Positions 9,136 to 17,614 of a DNA stretch of 34,593 bases are shown here, in pieces (positions within the stretch are counted from its first letter, which is position 1; each line of letters opens with the position of its first letter). Both the position numbers and the translations under genes were made by a program. Source of the stretch: a virus (taxonomy: Duplodnaviria > Caudoviricetes); the IMG/VR virus record IMGVR_UViG_3300026299_000009, positions 1 to 34,593 of that record. One strand, written 5' to 3'. The notes below the pieces were generated by a model. It was given only the letters and a program-made list of their open reading frames with translations, ran no database searches and was not told the origin of the DNA.

Positions 9136-9666
9136 TCACCCTCCCGCCCGCGCCTCAAGGGCTTCGCGGACGATATCGAGGATGTTGGTGCGGTCGGTGT
9201 CGGAGAGGCCGAGGAAGGGCCGGGCCGGGATGTCGCCCCAGGGCAGGTGGTGGAAATAGTCGCGGGAGGCGGGACCGCCGTCTTTCTGCCTGGTCCGGCC
9301 CATGCGGGCGCCGAACTGGCCCTGTTTCGCGCCGAACTGCATGACCGCCGCCTGCAGGGCATTCGATCCGACCGAGACGAAGTCGGGGCCGGACCGGAAG
9401 TTGATGCCCCGTCGCATGTCTCCCTCCAGCCAGAGCGGATAGGGGCCGGGTTTCCCGCCCTTCTTCTCATAGGCTTTCAGGGTCGAGGCGGCGCGCGGGG
9501 CGAAGGGGGATCCGTCCGGGCTCTGGCCGATCAGCATCCGGTCCTGCGTGGATTGCACCAGCGCATCGCCGATCTGGCGCATCACCTGACTGAGATCAGA
9601 CAGCAGCGCCTGCAGCCCGGTCAGCGCCTGCTCGACCTCCGCATCCTTTATTTCAATCGTGAACAT
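9136..9666 (-). CDS. virion morphogenesis protein, Mu gpG-like
   Basis: start MFTIEI; GQSPDGSPFAP, VGSNALQAAVMQFG, IPARPFLGLS motifs. Confidence 0.92.
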   Translation of the reverse strand: MFTIEIKDAEVEQALTGLQALLSDLSQVMRQIGDALVQSTQDRMLIGQSPDGSPFAPRAASTLKAYEKKGGKPGPYPLWLEGDMRRGINFRSGPDFVSVGSNALQAAVMQFGAKQGQFGARMGRTRQKDGGPASRDYFHHLPWGDIPARPFLGLSDTDRTNILDIVREALEARAGG

Positions 9667-9675
9667 GACTATATT
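9647..9675 (+). promoter_or_regulatory. candidate sigma70 promoter for the tRNA-like RNA
   Basis: TATATT at 9670-9675, 6 nt before the closing stem; weak -35 TTTATT at 9647-9652 with 17-bp spacing. Confidence 0.5.
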
Positions 9676-9681
9676 TGCCTT

Positions 9682-9765
9682 TCTGAGGTCGTGTGCCCGA
9701 TCGGTAAGGGGGGTGTGCCGTAACCCGGCAGATCGATGTTGGTTCGACCCCAACCCGACCTCAGA
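9682..9765 (+). ncRNA. tRNA-like cloverleaf RNA (non-canonical anticodon arm, no CCA)
   Basis: 10-bp closing stem TCTGAGGTCG/CGACCTCAGA; D arm CCC-GATCGGTAA-GGG; arm GGT-G-TGCCG-TAACC-CGGCA-G-ATC; T arm GTTGG-TTCGACC-CCAAC. Confidence 0.72.
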
Positions 9766-11038
9766 GCCTTCCTTCCACCAGGATCGCGCCCCGAGTGACA
9801 TCGGCCCGAAGATCCACTAGCTCAACCATGCGGCCGGTCTGCATGGTGTTGAAGGCAGCCTTTGCTTTCTTCACCCAGGTATTGATCTCGATCACCATTT
9901 TCGCGGTGCGACCGGGAACATCATAGATCAGCGAGAACACGGGCTCGCCGGAGACATGATCCAGCAGCACGGCGCGCGGCCTCCCGAGCCGCCCCGGCAT
10001 GCCCTTGTACCAGTCCAGATCCAGCGGCGCGGCCTTGGGCTGGCGCGGCACCGCGCGGGTCGAGGCCACCGTCACATGATCCGTGCCCCGGAAGGTGTGC
10101 TGCACATTGAGATCGGTCACCACGATCTCGGCGGTCTCCGGTGTCACGCCATGCCGGATCGCCGCATCGACCCAGCCCGGCTTCAGCGCGCCGATCACCA
10201 TATGGCGGCCCTGGACAAATTGCCCGAGCGCCTGATCGACGAAGGCACCGAAGGCGCGGTCGAGATCCGCAGTCTTGCCCGCAGGCCAGCTTTCGAACAG
10301 CCGCGCGCCAATCGGCGCCGGGAGGCGCGGCAGCTTGTCCTTCAGCGTCAGGATGGTCTCGGCGGTGCTGGCGCCCGGCGCGTAATCCCAGCCCTTCTGC
10401 AGCCCCTTCGGCAGGCCGGTGCGCGGATCGGGCCGGTCCCAGTCCGGTGGCAGTTGCTTGCCCGGATCGCCGCCGACCCGGCGGATCCCGGCTTCGGTGT
10501 GCGCGCCGAACACCCGGCAGCCGCAGCCCCAGCCGTTCGGCGGGAAGAACCTCGCCCAGAACGGATGATTCGGCGGCAGCGCGATGCCGTCCAGCGCCAG
10601 GTGATGCAGCCGGGGATGTTCAGCGCCGGAATGGCGATAGACCCAGTATTTGTAGTTTCCGGCCAGCAGCTGCGCCCGCCGCCCCGCCGCATAGCTGGTC
10701 AGCAGGTTGGTCTGGTAGATCACCCGCGTGCGCCAGGCCTCGCCCTTCGCACTGCCTTCGCCGGTCCAGCCGGTCCAGCCATGCCGGGCCACGATCTGGC
10801 GGAAATCCTTGCGGAAGACCTCGAGCGCGGTGCCCTGCGAGATCGCCTTGTCGACCGCCGCCGCCAGATCGGCCAGCAGATCCGCCTTCAGCGCCCCGGC
10901 AACCACGAAGGCGCGATCATGCTGGTTATGGCGCAGGTCATCCCAGGCGCCGGTGGGCAGCAGATTGCCCAGCCGCAGCCGGAAGGCCGCCTGCTGTTCG
11001 GCAAAGAGCTGGTGGAAGCCGAAGCCGACCTCAGCCAT
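9761..11038 (-). CDS. MuF head morphogenesis protein with C-terminal extension (putative PBECR-like nuclease)
   Basis: RAFVVAG, RVIYQTN, PPNGWGCGCRV, GWDYAPG MuF motifs, followed by about 190 further residues. Confidence 0.9.
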   Translation of the reverse strand: MAEVGFGFHQLFAEQQAAFRLRLGNLLPTGAWDDLRHNQHDRAFVVAGALKADLLADLAAAVDKAISQGTALEVFRKDFRQIVARHGWTGWTGEGSAKGEAWRTRVIYQTNLLTSYAAGRRAQLLAGNYKYWVYRHSGAEHPRLHHLALDGIALPPNHPFWARFFPPNGWGCGCRVFGAHTEAGIRRVGGDPGKQLPPDWDRPDPRTGLPKGLQKGWDYAPGASTAETILTLKDKLPRLPAPIGARLFESWPAGKTADLDRAFGAFVDQALGQFVQGRHMVIGALKPGWVDAAIRHGVTPETAEIVVTDLNVQHTFRGTDHVTVASTRAVPRQPKAAPLDLDWYKGMPGRLGRPRAVLLDHVSGEPVFSLIYDVPGRTAKMVIEINTWVKKAKAAFNTMQTGRMVELVDLRADVTRGAILVEGRL

Positions 11039-12701
11039 CGCCACGCCCGTCCGCATCCAGACGCCCGGCCAGATCGGCGGTCAGGAAGGCCTCCGCCATC
11101 AGCTCCGCCATGGCCTGCGCATCAAGGCCGGGGAAGCCCGCGAGCAGCATCTGCCGGAACTCCCCGAGGCTGCCGGCGGCATTCATCATCAGCTCGATCT
11201 GGCCGATCATCCCGTCGATCACCGGCGGGGCGGCGCGGGCCAGTTGATCAGCCAGATCGGCGGCCGGATCGCCCGCTGCGCCGAGACCGCCAGAAATCGC
11301 CGCTGAGGGGCCTCGGGCCTGCAGGGCGGTCTCCGTGCCCGGCAGGCCCTGACCCCGTTTAATTTCGCCGGAAACCCGTTTAGATTTTGAAGCCCGGTCC
11401 TCTCCCTCCCCCAAGGGTGCCGATCCGGCCAGATCAGCGGTGGAAACCGGCGCTGCCACCCTCAGAAGCCGGGCGCCGGGCTTGGGTTCCGAGAAGCCGA
11501 AGCGGGCGCGGATCTCACCCTCCTCGATCTCCATCCCCAGACGGACCATCTTGTCGACCGCCGTGGCCAGCGCGCTCAGATCCTCGGTCTTCGGGCGGCC
11601 GATCCGGATCCTTGGATACCGTTTCTGCGGCCCGAACTCGAGCTGGATCCACGGCCGGATCACATCGCGGTTGATGATCGCCGAAAGCGCGCTGGCATCG
11701 GCGCCCTCGATATCCTCCTGCACCAGCCGGTGCTCGCGCCCGACCGCATGGCCCCCGGCGATGGCATCGGTGGTCGCGGTCTGCCCCAGCACCGCCTTCG
11801 AGATCTGCTGGTCGAGGTGATTGACCCGCTTCTCGTAAAGATCGCCCGACTGGCCGATGGATTTCGACTCGATGAAGTCGATCGACATCGTGTCGGGGAT
11901 CAGCGCCGCGCAATCCCCGGCGATATTGGCCACCGCCCGGAACAGCGTGGCCTTGTCCTGCTCGCTGGCCCCCGGCTGCCATTTGCCCACCCGCAGCGGC
12001 TGGCCATAGGTCTGGGTGAAGATCGCCCAGTCCCGCCCGGTGAAGGCCTTGAACATCCAGCCCCACATCGCAACCCGCGCCAGACCGGCGCGCAGCAGGA
12101 TGCCGGATTTGGCCGGGATATCGGCAAAGACGAAGCGGAAGGCAGGCAGCGGCACCTCGCGCCCGCTGTCATCCAGCATCAGCGGCCGGGCCAGATCGTG
12201 ACGGGCAAACCGGATGATCCGGGGATCGCGCCAGGCCAGCTCCTTCGGCAGATACTGCCCCTCGGAATGATCCCAGATGATCGCCGTGGCGGAATAGCCC
12301 TTCGACAGGCAGTCGAGGATATGGAACAGCTCCTGCTGCAGCTCGTCGCGCTTGACCCAGTCGCGGACCATATCCGCCAGCTTCCCGTCATGGGCATCGT
12401 CCGAGGCCGCCTCGACCGTGATGTCGAGCTGCGAGACCGACCGCTTCCGGGTGCCGATCACACCCAGATAATGCGGGTCGCGTTCCTCGATCACCTCGGC
12501 CAGTTCCATATAGCGCACCGGATCGCCATGATCCGCCGCGCGCAGGATCTGCGCCAGCCGCAGCGGGTTCAGCCCGTCACCCGGATAGGAGGTCAGCGGC
12601 GAGCGCGCGCCCGAAAGGCTGGGCGCCCCGACATCGCGGGTCAGGCTGGCGCGATCCACCTCATAGCCCCAGCGGTCGGTCAGGATCAGATTGCGGGCCA
12701 T
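11031..12701 (-). CDS. portal protein, Mu gp29-like (DUF935)
   Basis: EERDPHYLGVIGTRK, YGQPLRVGK, ISKAVLGQT motifs; start MARNL. Confidence 0.93.
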   Translation of the reverse strand: MARNLILTDRWGYEVDRASLTRDVGAPSLSGARSPLTSYPGDGLNPLRLAQILRAADHGDPVRYMELAEVIEERDPHYLGVIGTRKRSVSQLDITVEAASDDAHDGKLADMVRDWVKRDELQQELFHILDCLSKGYSATAIIWDHSEGQYLPKELAWRDPRIIRFARHDLARPLMLDDSGREVPLPAFRFVFADIPAKSGILLRAGLARVAMWGWMFKAFTGRDWAIFTQTYGQPLRVGKWQPGASEQDKATLFRAVANIAGDCAALIPDTMSIDFIESKSIGQSGDLYEKRVNHLDQQISKAVLGQTATTDAIAGGHAVGREHRLVQEDIEGADASALSAIINRDVIRPWIQLEFGPQKRYPRIRIGRPKTEDLSALATAVDKMVRLGMEIEEGEIRARFGFSEPKPGARLLRVAAPVSTADLAGSAPLGEGEDRASKSKRVSGEIKRGQGLPGTETALQARGPSAAISGGLGAAGDPAADLADQLARAAPPVIDGMIGQIELMMNAAGSLGEFRQMLLAGFPGLDAQAMAELMAEAFLTADLAGRLDADGRGDG

Positions 12702-12703
12702 GG

Positions 12704-14377
12704 TCAGATACTCCCGCGAAGCCGGGCGCCGAGCGGCCCGCGCCACCAGCCCTCCGCTTCGCTCCCGAACATTGCGGGGCCGCCGTTATGACCGACCCTC
12801 TGGTCATGGACCGGCACCGGCACATAGCCGTATTCGACCCAGCGCATCCGGCTGGCAAAATACGCCAGCGCCAGCGCGATGGCATAATCGCCGTGGCGCT
12901 TCCTGCCCTTCTCGCCTTCGCGGACGGGGGGCACGCGGGGGATGCCCCGGATCAGCTTCACCATGCGCAGGTCGGAGACATGCTCGCTGTCGGCGATCAG
13001 CGCGATGTGATCATCCTCGAAGGCCGCCTTCAGCGGCGGCATCTGCAGCCGGTACCATTCCTCGCTGAACCTGATCGCCCAGACGAGGCCGGGGCCTTCG
13101 GGGTCTTCCTTCAGCCCGAACCTGCGCCCCATATCCTCGGCCACGGTCCAGCCCATGCCGGTGGCATCGAAGGCCGCGCCGACCAGCCGTGATCTGACAT
13201 GGTCGAGGATCATGCCGACGACACGCTTCTGTTCGTCGCCGGGCACGTTGCGCATTTCCAGCGCCAGCGCCTCGCGGCGTTTGAGACCGGCTTCAATGGC
13301 CAGCAAACTGACCGTGGACAGGTCGGCCACCCGGCCGAAGTCGAAGCCGAAGGCATAGAGCGGCCCGAGGTCGATCCCGGCCAGCACCTCGCCCAGCTCC
13401 TCCAGAAAAGGCGCCATCAGCGCCGCCTGATCCAGCGCCGGGCGGTGCAGGTAATCCGCCGGAAGCTCCAGCCGCAGCACCCTGCCGGGCGCGGTCATCC
13501 GCGCCTCGATCAGCGGCGCGGGCAGCCAGGCCCCGGAGCCGAGCGCCGGGATGCAGAACAGTTCCTCATCCGCGCCCTCGCCATAGAAGTCGATGATCTC
13601 CTGCCGCCAGCCCGCCTCGGCCGCAGGCGTCCAGGCATCGCCGGTGCGCAGGCAGATCCGCTGATAGAGCCCGTCGCGCAGCGCCTCGTCGAAGTCGATA
13701 TGCAGGTGGCGATAGGGTTTGCGCCCGGCCAGAATGTCCTGGACGGTGCTGTTGAAGGCATTGTCGACCCCGTTATGGGTCGAGCAGACCACCACCTGAC
13801 CGCCCCACATCAGGAAGGCCAGCGCCGCCTTCAGAAGCTCGGCCAGATTGTCGACGAAGGCCGCCTCGTCAATGATCACCACCCCCTGCTTGCCGCGCAG
13901 CCCGCGCGGGGCCGAGGACAGCGCCAGCACCTCGAAGCCGCTGGCGAACTGGATGCGGAAGGCCTTGATGTGTTTGGTATCGCTCGGGTCGGCCGGGTTG
14001 GTATCCTCGAACAAGAGTTCGTCCGAGGCCACCGCCGCCGTGGCGAAGGCCCGCGCCCACATGGCGCAGGCGTCGATGAACTCCCGCGTCATCTCCTGCG
14101 AATAGGAGATGTACATCACATCCATCCCGCCCGCCGGACGTTCCCGCCCGGCCCGCAGCACCGCATAGGCCGCAAGCCCCCAGGTCAGGCCCACCCGGCG
14201 GGACTTCTCGACAAACAGCACCCGGCAGAGCGCGGTATTGTCCAGCAGGCTGACCGCCCGCGCCTGATAGGGCAGCAGCACCTTCGGCAGGCCCACCTCG
14301 TCGATCAGCCCCGACATCCCTTCCGTCGCCGCACGCCGAAGCTCCGCCCATTCCTCACGGGAGATCGGTGCGGTCAT
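12704..14377 (-). CDS. terminase large subunit, Mu gp28-like
   Basis: LLPYQ, EKSRRVGLTW, VIIDEAAF, GFDFGR, DATGMG, HGDYAIA motifs. Confidence 0.95.
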   Translation of the reverse strand: MTAPISREEWAELRRAATEGMSGLIDEVGLPKVLLPYQARAVSLLDNTALCRVLFVEKSRRVGLTWGLAAYAVLRAGRERPAGGMDVMYISYSQEMTREFIDACAMWARAFATAAVASDELLFEDTNPADPSDTKHIKAFRIQFASGFEVLALSSAPRGLRGKQGVVIIDEAAFVDNLAELLKAALAFLMWGGQVVVCSTHNGVDNAFNSTVQDILAGRKPYRHLHIDFDEALRDGLYQRICLRTGDAWTPAAEAGWRQEIIDFYGEGADEELFCIPALGSGAWLPAPLIEARMTAPGRVLRLELPADYLHRPALDQAALMAPFLEELGEVLAGIDLGPLYAFGFDFGRVADLSTVSLLAIEAGLKRREALALEMRNVPGDEQKRVVGMILDHVRSRLVGAAFDATGMGWTVAEDMGRRFGLKEDPEGPGLVWAIRFSEEWYRLQMPPLKAAFEDDHIALIADSEHVSDLRMVKLIRGIPRVPPVREGEKGRKRHGDYAIALALAYFASRMRWVEYGYVPVPVHDQRVGHNGGPAMFGSEAEGWWRGPLGARLRGSI

Positions 14378-14970
14378 CCGGAGACCCCGAGGATCTGCGC
14401 CTTGATCGCTTCGGCGGTTTCGGCGGTCAGGCCCTTGACCCGCGCCACGGTGGAAACGGCCGTCTCGACCTTGGCGGCAAAGGCAGCCTCAACCTTTTGG
14501 CGCCGGTCGGAACTGACGCTCTGGGCCGCCATGGCATGGCGCAGGGCGGCCGCGAGCTGCATCACCCCCTTCGGATCGATCGAATCCTCATCGGCCTCCG
14601 CCAGCATGTTGAGGACCAGCGCCTTGACAGTTTCGGCGGCCATCACCGTCAGATTGTCGGCATCCGACGGGTCGAATTTCTCGGCCAGCGTCGAGACGAT
14701 AGCACGCGTCTGATCCAGACGCCGCGTCAGCCGCGCCATCCTGAAGGCGTAGCGGTTGAAGCTGCTGAAGGCCGGGATCCTGAATTCGAGCTCGCCCCGG
14801 CTGTCCGCCATCAGCTTTTCGCATTCGGCGACGAATTCGGCATAGATATCGACCTGCGTCCGGTCGCGTTTTGACAGCTCCTGTGCCGCCCAGGCGATAA
14901 TGGCGTCGCATTCCGAGGGCATCAGCTCGATCGAGGAAAGCCGCCCCCGCCCTTTGGGTTGCTCTGCCAT
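14374..14970 (-). CDS. Mu gp27-like protein (DUF3486, terminase small subunit)
   Basis: GRGRLSSIELMP, SSFNRY, IKAQILG motifs; overlaps terL start. Confidence 0.88.
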   Translation of the reverse strand: MAEQPKGRGRLSSIELMPSECDAIIAWAAQELSKRDRTQVDIYAEFVAECEKLMADSRGELEFRIPAFSSFNRYAFRMARLTRRLDQTRAIVSTLAEKFDPSDADNLTVMAAETVKALVLNMLAEADEDSIDPKGVMQLAAALRHAMAAQSVSSDRRQKVEAAFAAKVETAVSTVARVKGLTAETAEAIKAQILGVSG

Positions 14971-14971
14971 G

Positions 14972-15274
14972 TCAGCCGCCCGGCCGCGACGGGCGCTGGA
15001 TACCTTCAATGGCGATCACGCGATCAAGATGCTGGCGGCCGGTTTCGGTCAGCGTGGCAACGAGAACCGACCCCGCCTCGATCAGCGTCAGCGCCCCCAT
15101 GGTCTGCAGCCAGCGCATTTCCTGATGCAGCCAGGCACGGTCGCGGCGAATGCCGAACCGCGTCAGTTCCGGCAGGATAAGATCGCTGTTCAGCGTCTCG
15201 TCAGTCTGCTGGGCCAGCGTCTTCAGAACAATCAGGCGGGACTGCTCCCGCATCAGCTGCGCCATGTCCTTCAT
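14972..15274 (-). CDS. Mu gp26-like winged-helix protein
   Basis: RLIVLKTL, LNSDL, WLQTMG, ATLTETG, GIQRPS motifs. Confidence 0.85.
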   Translation of the reverse strand: MKDMAQLMREQSRLIVLKTLAQQTDETLNSDLILPELTRFGIRRDRAWLHQEMRWLQTMGALTLIEAGSVLVATLTETGRQHLDRVIAIEGIQRPSRPGG

Positions 15275-15612
15275 TTGCCACGCTCCAGAAGCAGTTCCTG
15301 CATGCGTTCGGTGATTGCCTTCAGCGGCTCCAGCCGTTCGGTCAGCACCGCCATGGTGCCGCGCAGCCCGACCATTTCCCGGTCAAGCTTGTGGAAATCA
15401 TCGCGCGAGGGCATGTCGCGGACGGCCTGCTCCATGCTCTGAAGCCGTTCGCTGTGACGGGCCAGCATTCCGGCATGTTCATCGAGCCGCTTCGCATTGG
15501 CCCGGCTGCCGCTGGAAATCATGTTCCAGACCGTCAGCCCGAAGGTCAGAAGCTGGCTCAGCGCGATCACCCAGACCACGGCGGGCGAGATGTTCAGCAT
15601 TTCGGCATTCAT
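15271..15612 (-). CDS. Mu gp25-like membrane-anchored coiled-coil protein (DUF2730)
   Basis: N-terminal TM helix, MPSRDDFHKL motif, position. Confidence 0.85.
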   Translation of the reverse strand: MNAEMLNISPAVVWVIALSQLLTFGLTVWNMISSGSRANAKRLDEHAGMLARHSERLQSMEQAVRDMPSRDDFHKLDREMVGLRGTMAVLTERLEPLKAITERMQELLLERGK

Positions 15613-15613
15613 C

Positions 15614-15931
15614 TCAGGCGTTCTCCCCTGCCCCGCCGGCGGCAGGCCTGCGCCAGAACACCAGCCGGAACTTCGGGGCGCGGCGTTCGAACCAGAGCCA
15701 GATCGCGGTGAGGATCGGCACCAGCTGCTGGATCAGCGACACGGCATGCTCGCCGCGCGCCGCCACCTCTTCGGCCGTGCAGCCGAGGCCGACCTCGCAG
15801 AGGCTGGGCAGCAGGGCAAAGCCGATGGCATTGCAGGCGGTGACCAGCACCGTGACCAGCAGAAGCCAGAACGACTTCACACCGAGGGCAGAGGTTTCGG
15901 GCAATTCGGTATTGTTCGACAGGCGGAACAT
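15614..15931 (-). CDS. putative holin
   Basis: 105 aa, two or three hydrophobic segments, basic C-terminus, adjacent to endolysin. Confidence 0.6.
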   Translation of the reverse strand: MFRLSNNTELPETSALGVKSFWLLLVTVLVTACNAIGFALLPSLCEVGLGCTAEEVAARGEHAVSLIQQLVPILTAIWLWFERRAPKFRLVFWRRPAAGGAGENA

Positions 15932-15940
15932 GGGGCCTCC

Positions 15941-16837
15941 TCAGGCGATACGGGGGGAGTGACCGCCGGTCCCGAAACGGACAGGGGCGGCATAGGTGGC
16001 GACGATCCAGCCGGTCAGGCCGCCGAAGGTGACGTTCAGCCAGCGCCGACCGCCAAACAGCCCTTCGCGGTTCACGGGGACGATGGCCTGATCGGGGATC
16101 GCGGCGAGGATGTTGGGGTTGAAGCTCGGCCAGCGCCTGAGGTTCAGCGTGGTGCCGGGGGTCTCGATCTGGACGTATTCGTCTCCGCCAACCACATCGC
16201 TGCCCGCTTCCGCCGATGCTTCGGCAGGGTCATCGCGCCCCAGAACCCGGGCGCGGATCGCCTCCAGCGGAAAGAGCGGGTTGGTATCGACCTTGCGGCC
16301 GGGGCTGACATACCAGTGGGTGGTGATGTCGCGCAGGGTCGGGATGCCTGCAAAAAGCGCCTGCGCCAGCTCCTCGACCGCCGCGATCTGCTCGGGCGTA
16401 TAGGCCATCCAGGTGCCCTTGCCGTGTTCGGGCGTTTCGACATCCGCAAGGGTATAGCCGCCGATCTGGCCACCCGGCCCGAAATCCTGCCCCCACCAGG
16501 CCAGCACCGCGCCACCCGCGCCGCGCTGCATCCGGCCGGGGTTCACGATCTCGATGCCGATGGCGAAATCATTGCAGCCGCTGCGGCCGTGATAGGAGGA
16601 TTGCCCGGCATGGGCGGCGCGGCGGTTGGTGGGCACCAGCTGACTGACGGTGCCATCGCGTTCCACCACGAACTGCACGCTGACCGCCGGGGAACTGGCC
16701 AGATAATCGCGGCTGTTGAACTTCTCGAGCCGCCCGGCCGTGTCGTGAAGGATGATGATTTCCGGGGTGATGATGCCGCCGATCAGCTTGGCCGCGCGGT
16801 AGTCGATCCCGTCAATCCGGTGGTTCTTCAGCTTCAT
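15941..16837 (-). CDS. endolysin: N-acetylmuramoyl-L-alanine amidase (Amidase_2) plus SH3b domain
   Basis: IILHDT, AAHAG, IGIEIVN, TTHW..SPGRKVD motifs; C-terminal LNLRRWPS...GLTGWI. Confidence 0.92.
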   Translation of the reverse strand: MKLKNHRIDGIDYRAAKLIGGIITPEIIILHDTAGRLEKFNSRDYLASSPAVSVQFVVERDGTVSQLVPTNRRAAHAGQSSYHGRSGCNDFAIGIEIVNPGRMQRGAGGAVLAWWGQDFGPGGQIGGYTLADVETPEHGKGTWMAYTPEQIAAVEELAQALFAGIPTLRDITTHWYVSPGRKVDTNPLFPLEAIRARVLGRDDPAEASAEAGSDVVGGDEYVQIETPGTTLNLRRWPSFNPNILAAIPDQAIVPVNREGLFGGRRWLNVTFGGLTGWIVATYAAPVRFGTGGHSPRIA

Positions 16838-16880
16838 GGATGCCCTCGTCGAGGGGCATCAGCGCCCCGTTATCAGGGGC

Positions 16881-16929
16881 AGAATGGCGGGTGAAAGGCC
16901 TTAAAAAACATCCGCAACGGTTTGCGGAT
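16881..16929 (-). promoter_or_regulatory. late promoter of lysis/packaging operon
   Basis: ATCCGCA-N6-TGCGGAT (16910-16929) abutting the activator stop codon, T6 tract, CATTCT at 16886-16881; position equivalent to Mu Plys. Confidence 0.78.
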
Positions 16930-17351
16930 CAGAACAGCTTGAGTTGCCGGGGATCGAATTTCGGCGGGGGGCGCCGCCGCCCCTTGCGCCGGAACCAGCC
17001 CCGGACGGTGGCATCGGTCACATGCAGGCGGCGGGCGATATCCGCCGTGGTCATGCCCTCGTGCCGCATGCAGACCGCAAGCCATGGCTTCGCGGTCGGC
17101 ACCCGCAGCTTCTGGCCCGAACTCATCATCCGGCTCAGCGCCTGGGCAAGCGCCAGCGTCCGGTCCTGACCGAGCCGCTGCACGATCAGCGAACGGCTTC
17201 TCGGGCTGGCGGGCAGATAGACCTCCGCCCCGCCAAACTCGAGCAGGAAGGCCATCGCCCCCTTTTCGCCCAGCACATCGACATAGGGCTGCACATGCGC
17301 CGGGGCACGGGGCGCGCGGAACCCGTCCTCCCATTCCGCATCCCCTGTCAT
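16929..17351 (-). CDS. Mor/C-family late transcription activator
   Basis: FLLEFGGAEVYLP motif and C-terminal HTH (TTADIARRLHVTDATVRGW), QLKLF end; between gemA region and lysis genes. Confidence 0.85.
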   Translation of the reverse strand: MTGDAEWEDGFRAPRAPAHVQPYVDVLGEKGAMAFLLEFGGAEVYLPASPRSRSLIVQRLGQDRTLALAQALSRMMSSGQKLRVPTAKPWLAVCMRHEGMTTADIARRLHVTDATVRGWFRRKGRRRPPPKFDPRQLKLF

Positions 17352-17614
17352 GGTTCGGCCTCCCGGCGTCTCCGGCGCGGGCGGCGTTGGCATTGCTCCG
17401 GGGCGAGGAGAACGGTGGTCACGTTCAGACCCCCTTCCTCGCAGAGACTGCCCCGCACCACGAAGATGACGCCATCCATGAGGATCTGCCGCTCACCGGC
17501 CTCAACGGCTTCTGCCAGCCGACCGGCGATGGCCGCGCGAAGCTCCTCGATCCGGAACCCGCCTGCACGTTCAAGATAGCGCAGGACCGCATGGTCGGAG
17601 ACACGCAGGTTCAT
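17348..17614 (-). CDS. hypothetical protein (VSDHAVLRYLER family)
   Basis: 88 aa, ATGA overlaps with both neighbours. Confidence 0.75.
   Translation of the reverse strand: MNLRVSDHAVLRYLERAGGFRIEELRAAIAGRLAEAVEAGERQILMDGVIFVVRGSLCEEGGLNVTTVLLAPEQCQRRPRRRRREAEP

Noticed and set aside
9685..9763. Calling the cloverleaf a functional tRNA (Tyr-like D arm, GTA near the loop) or an attB remnant
   Set aside because: No canonical 5-bp stem/7-nt anticodon loop, bulged acceptor stem, no CCA; the phage has no integrase and the site is mid-operon
9667..9801. Long N-terminal extension of gpG in the ORF track
   Set aside because: Runs through the RNA element and MuF end; family-like sequence starts at MFTIEI (9666)
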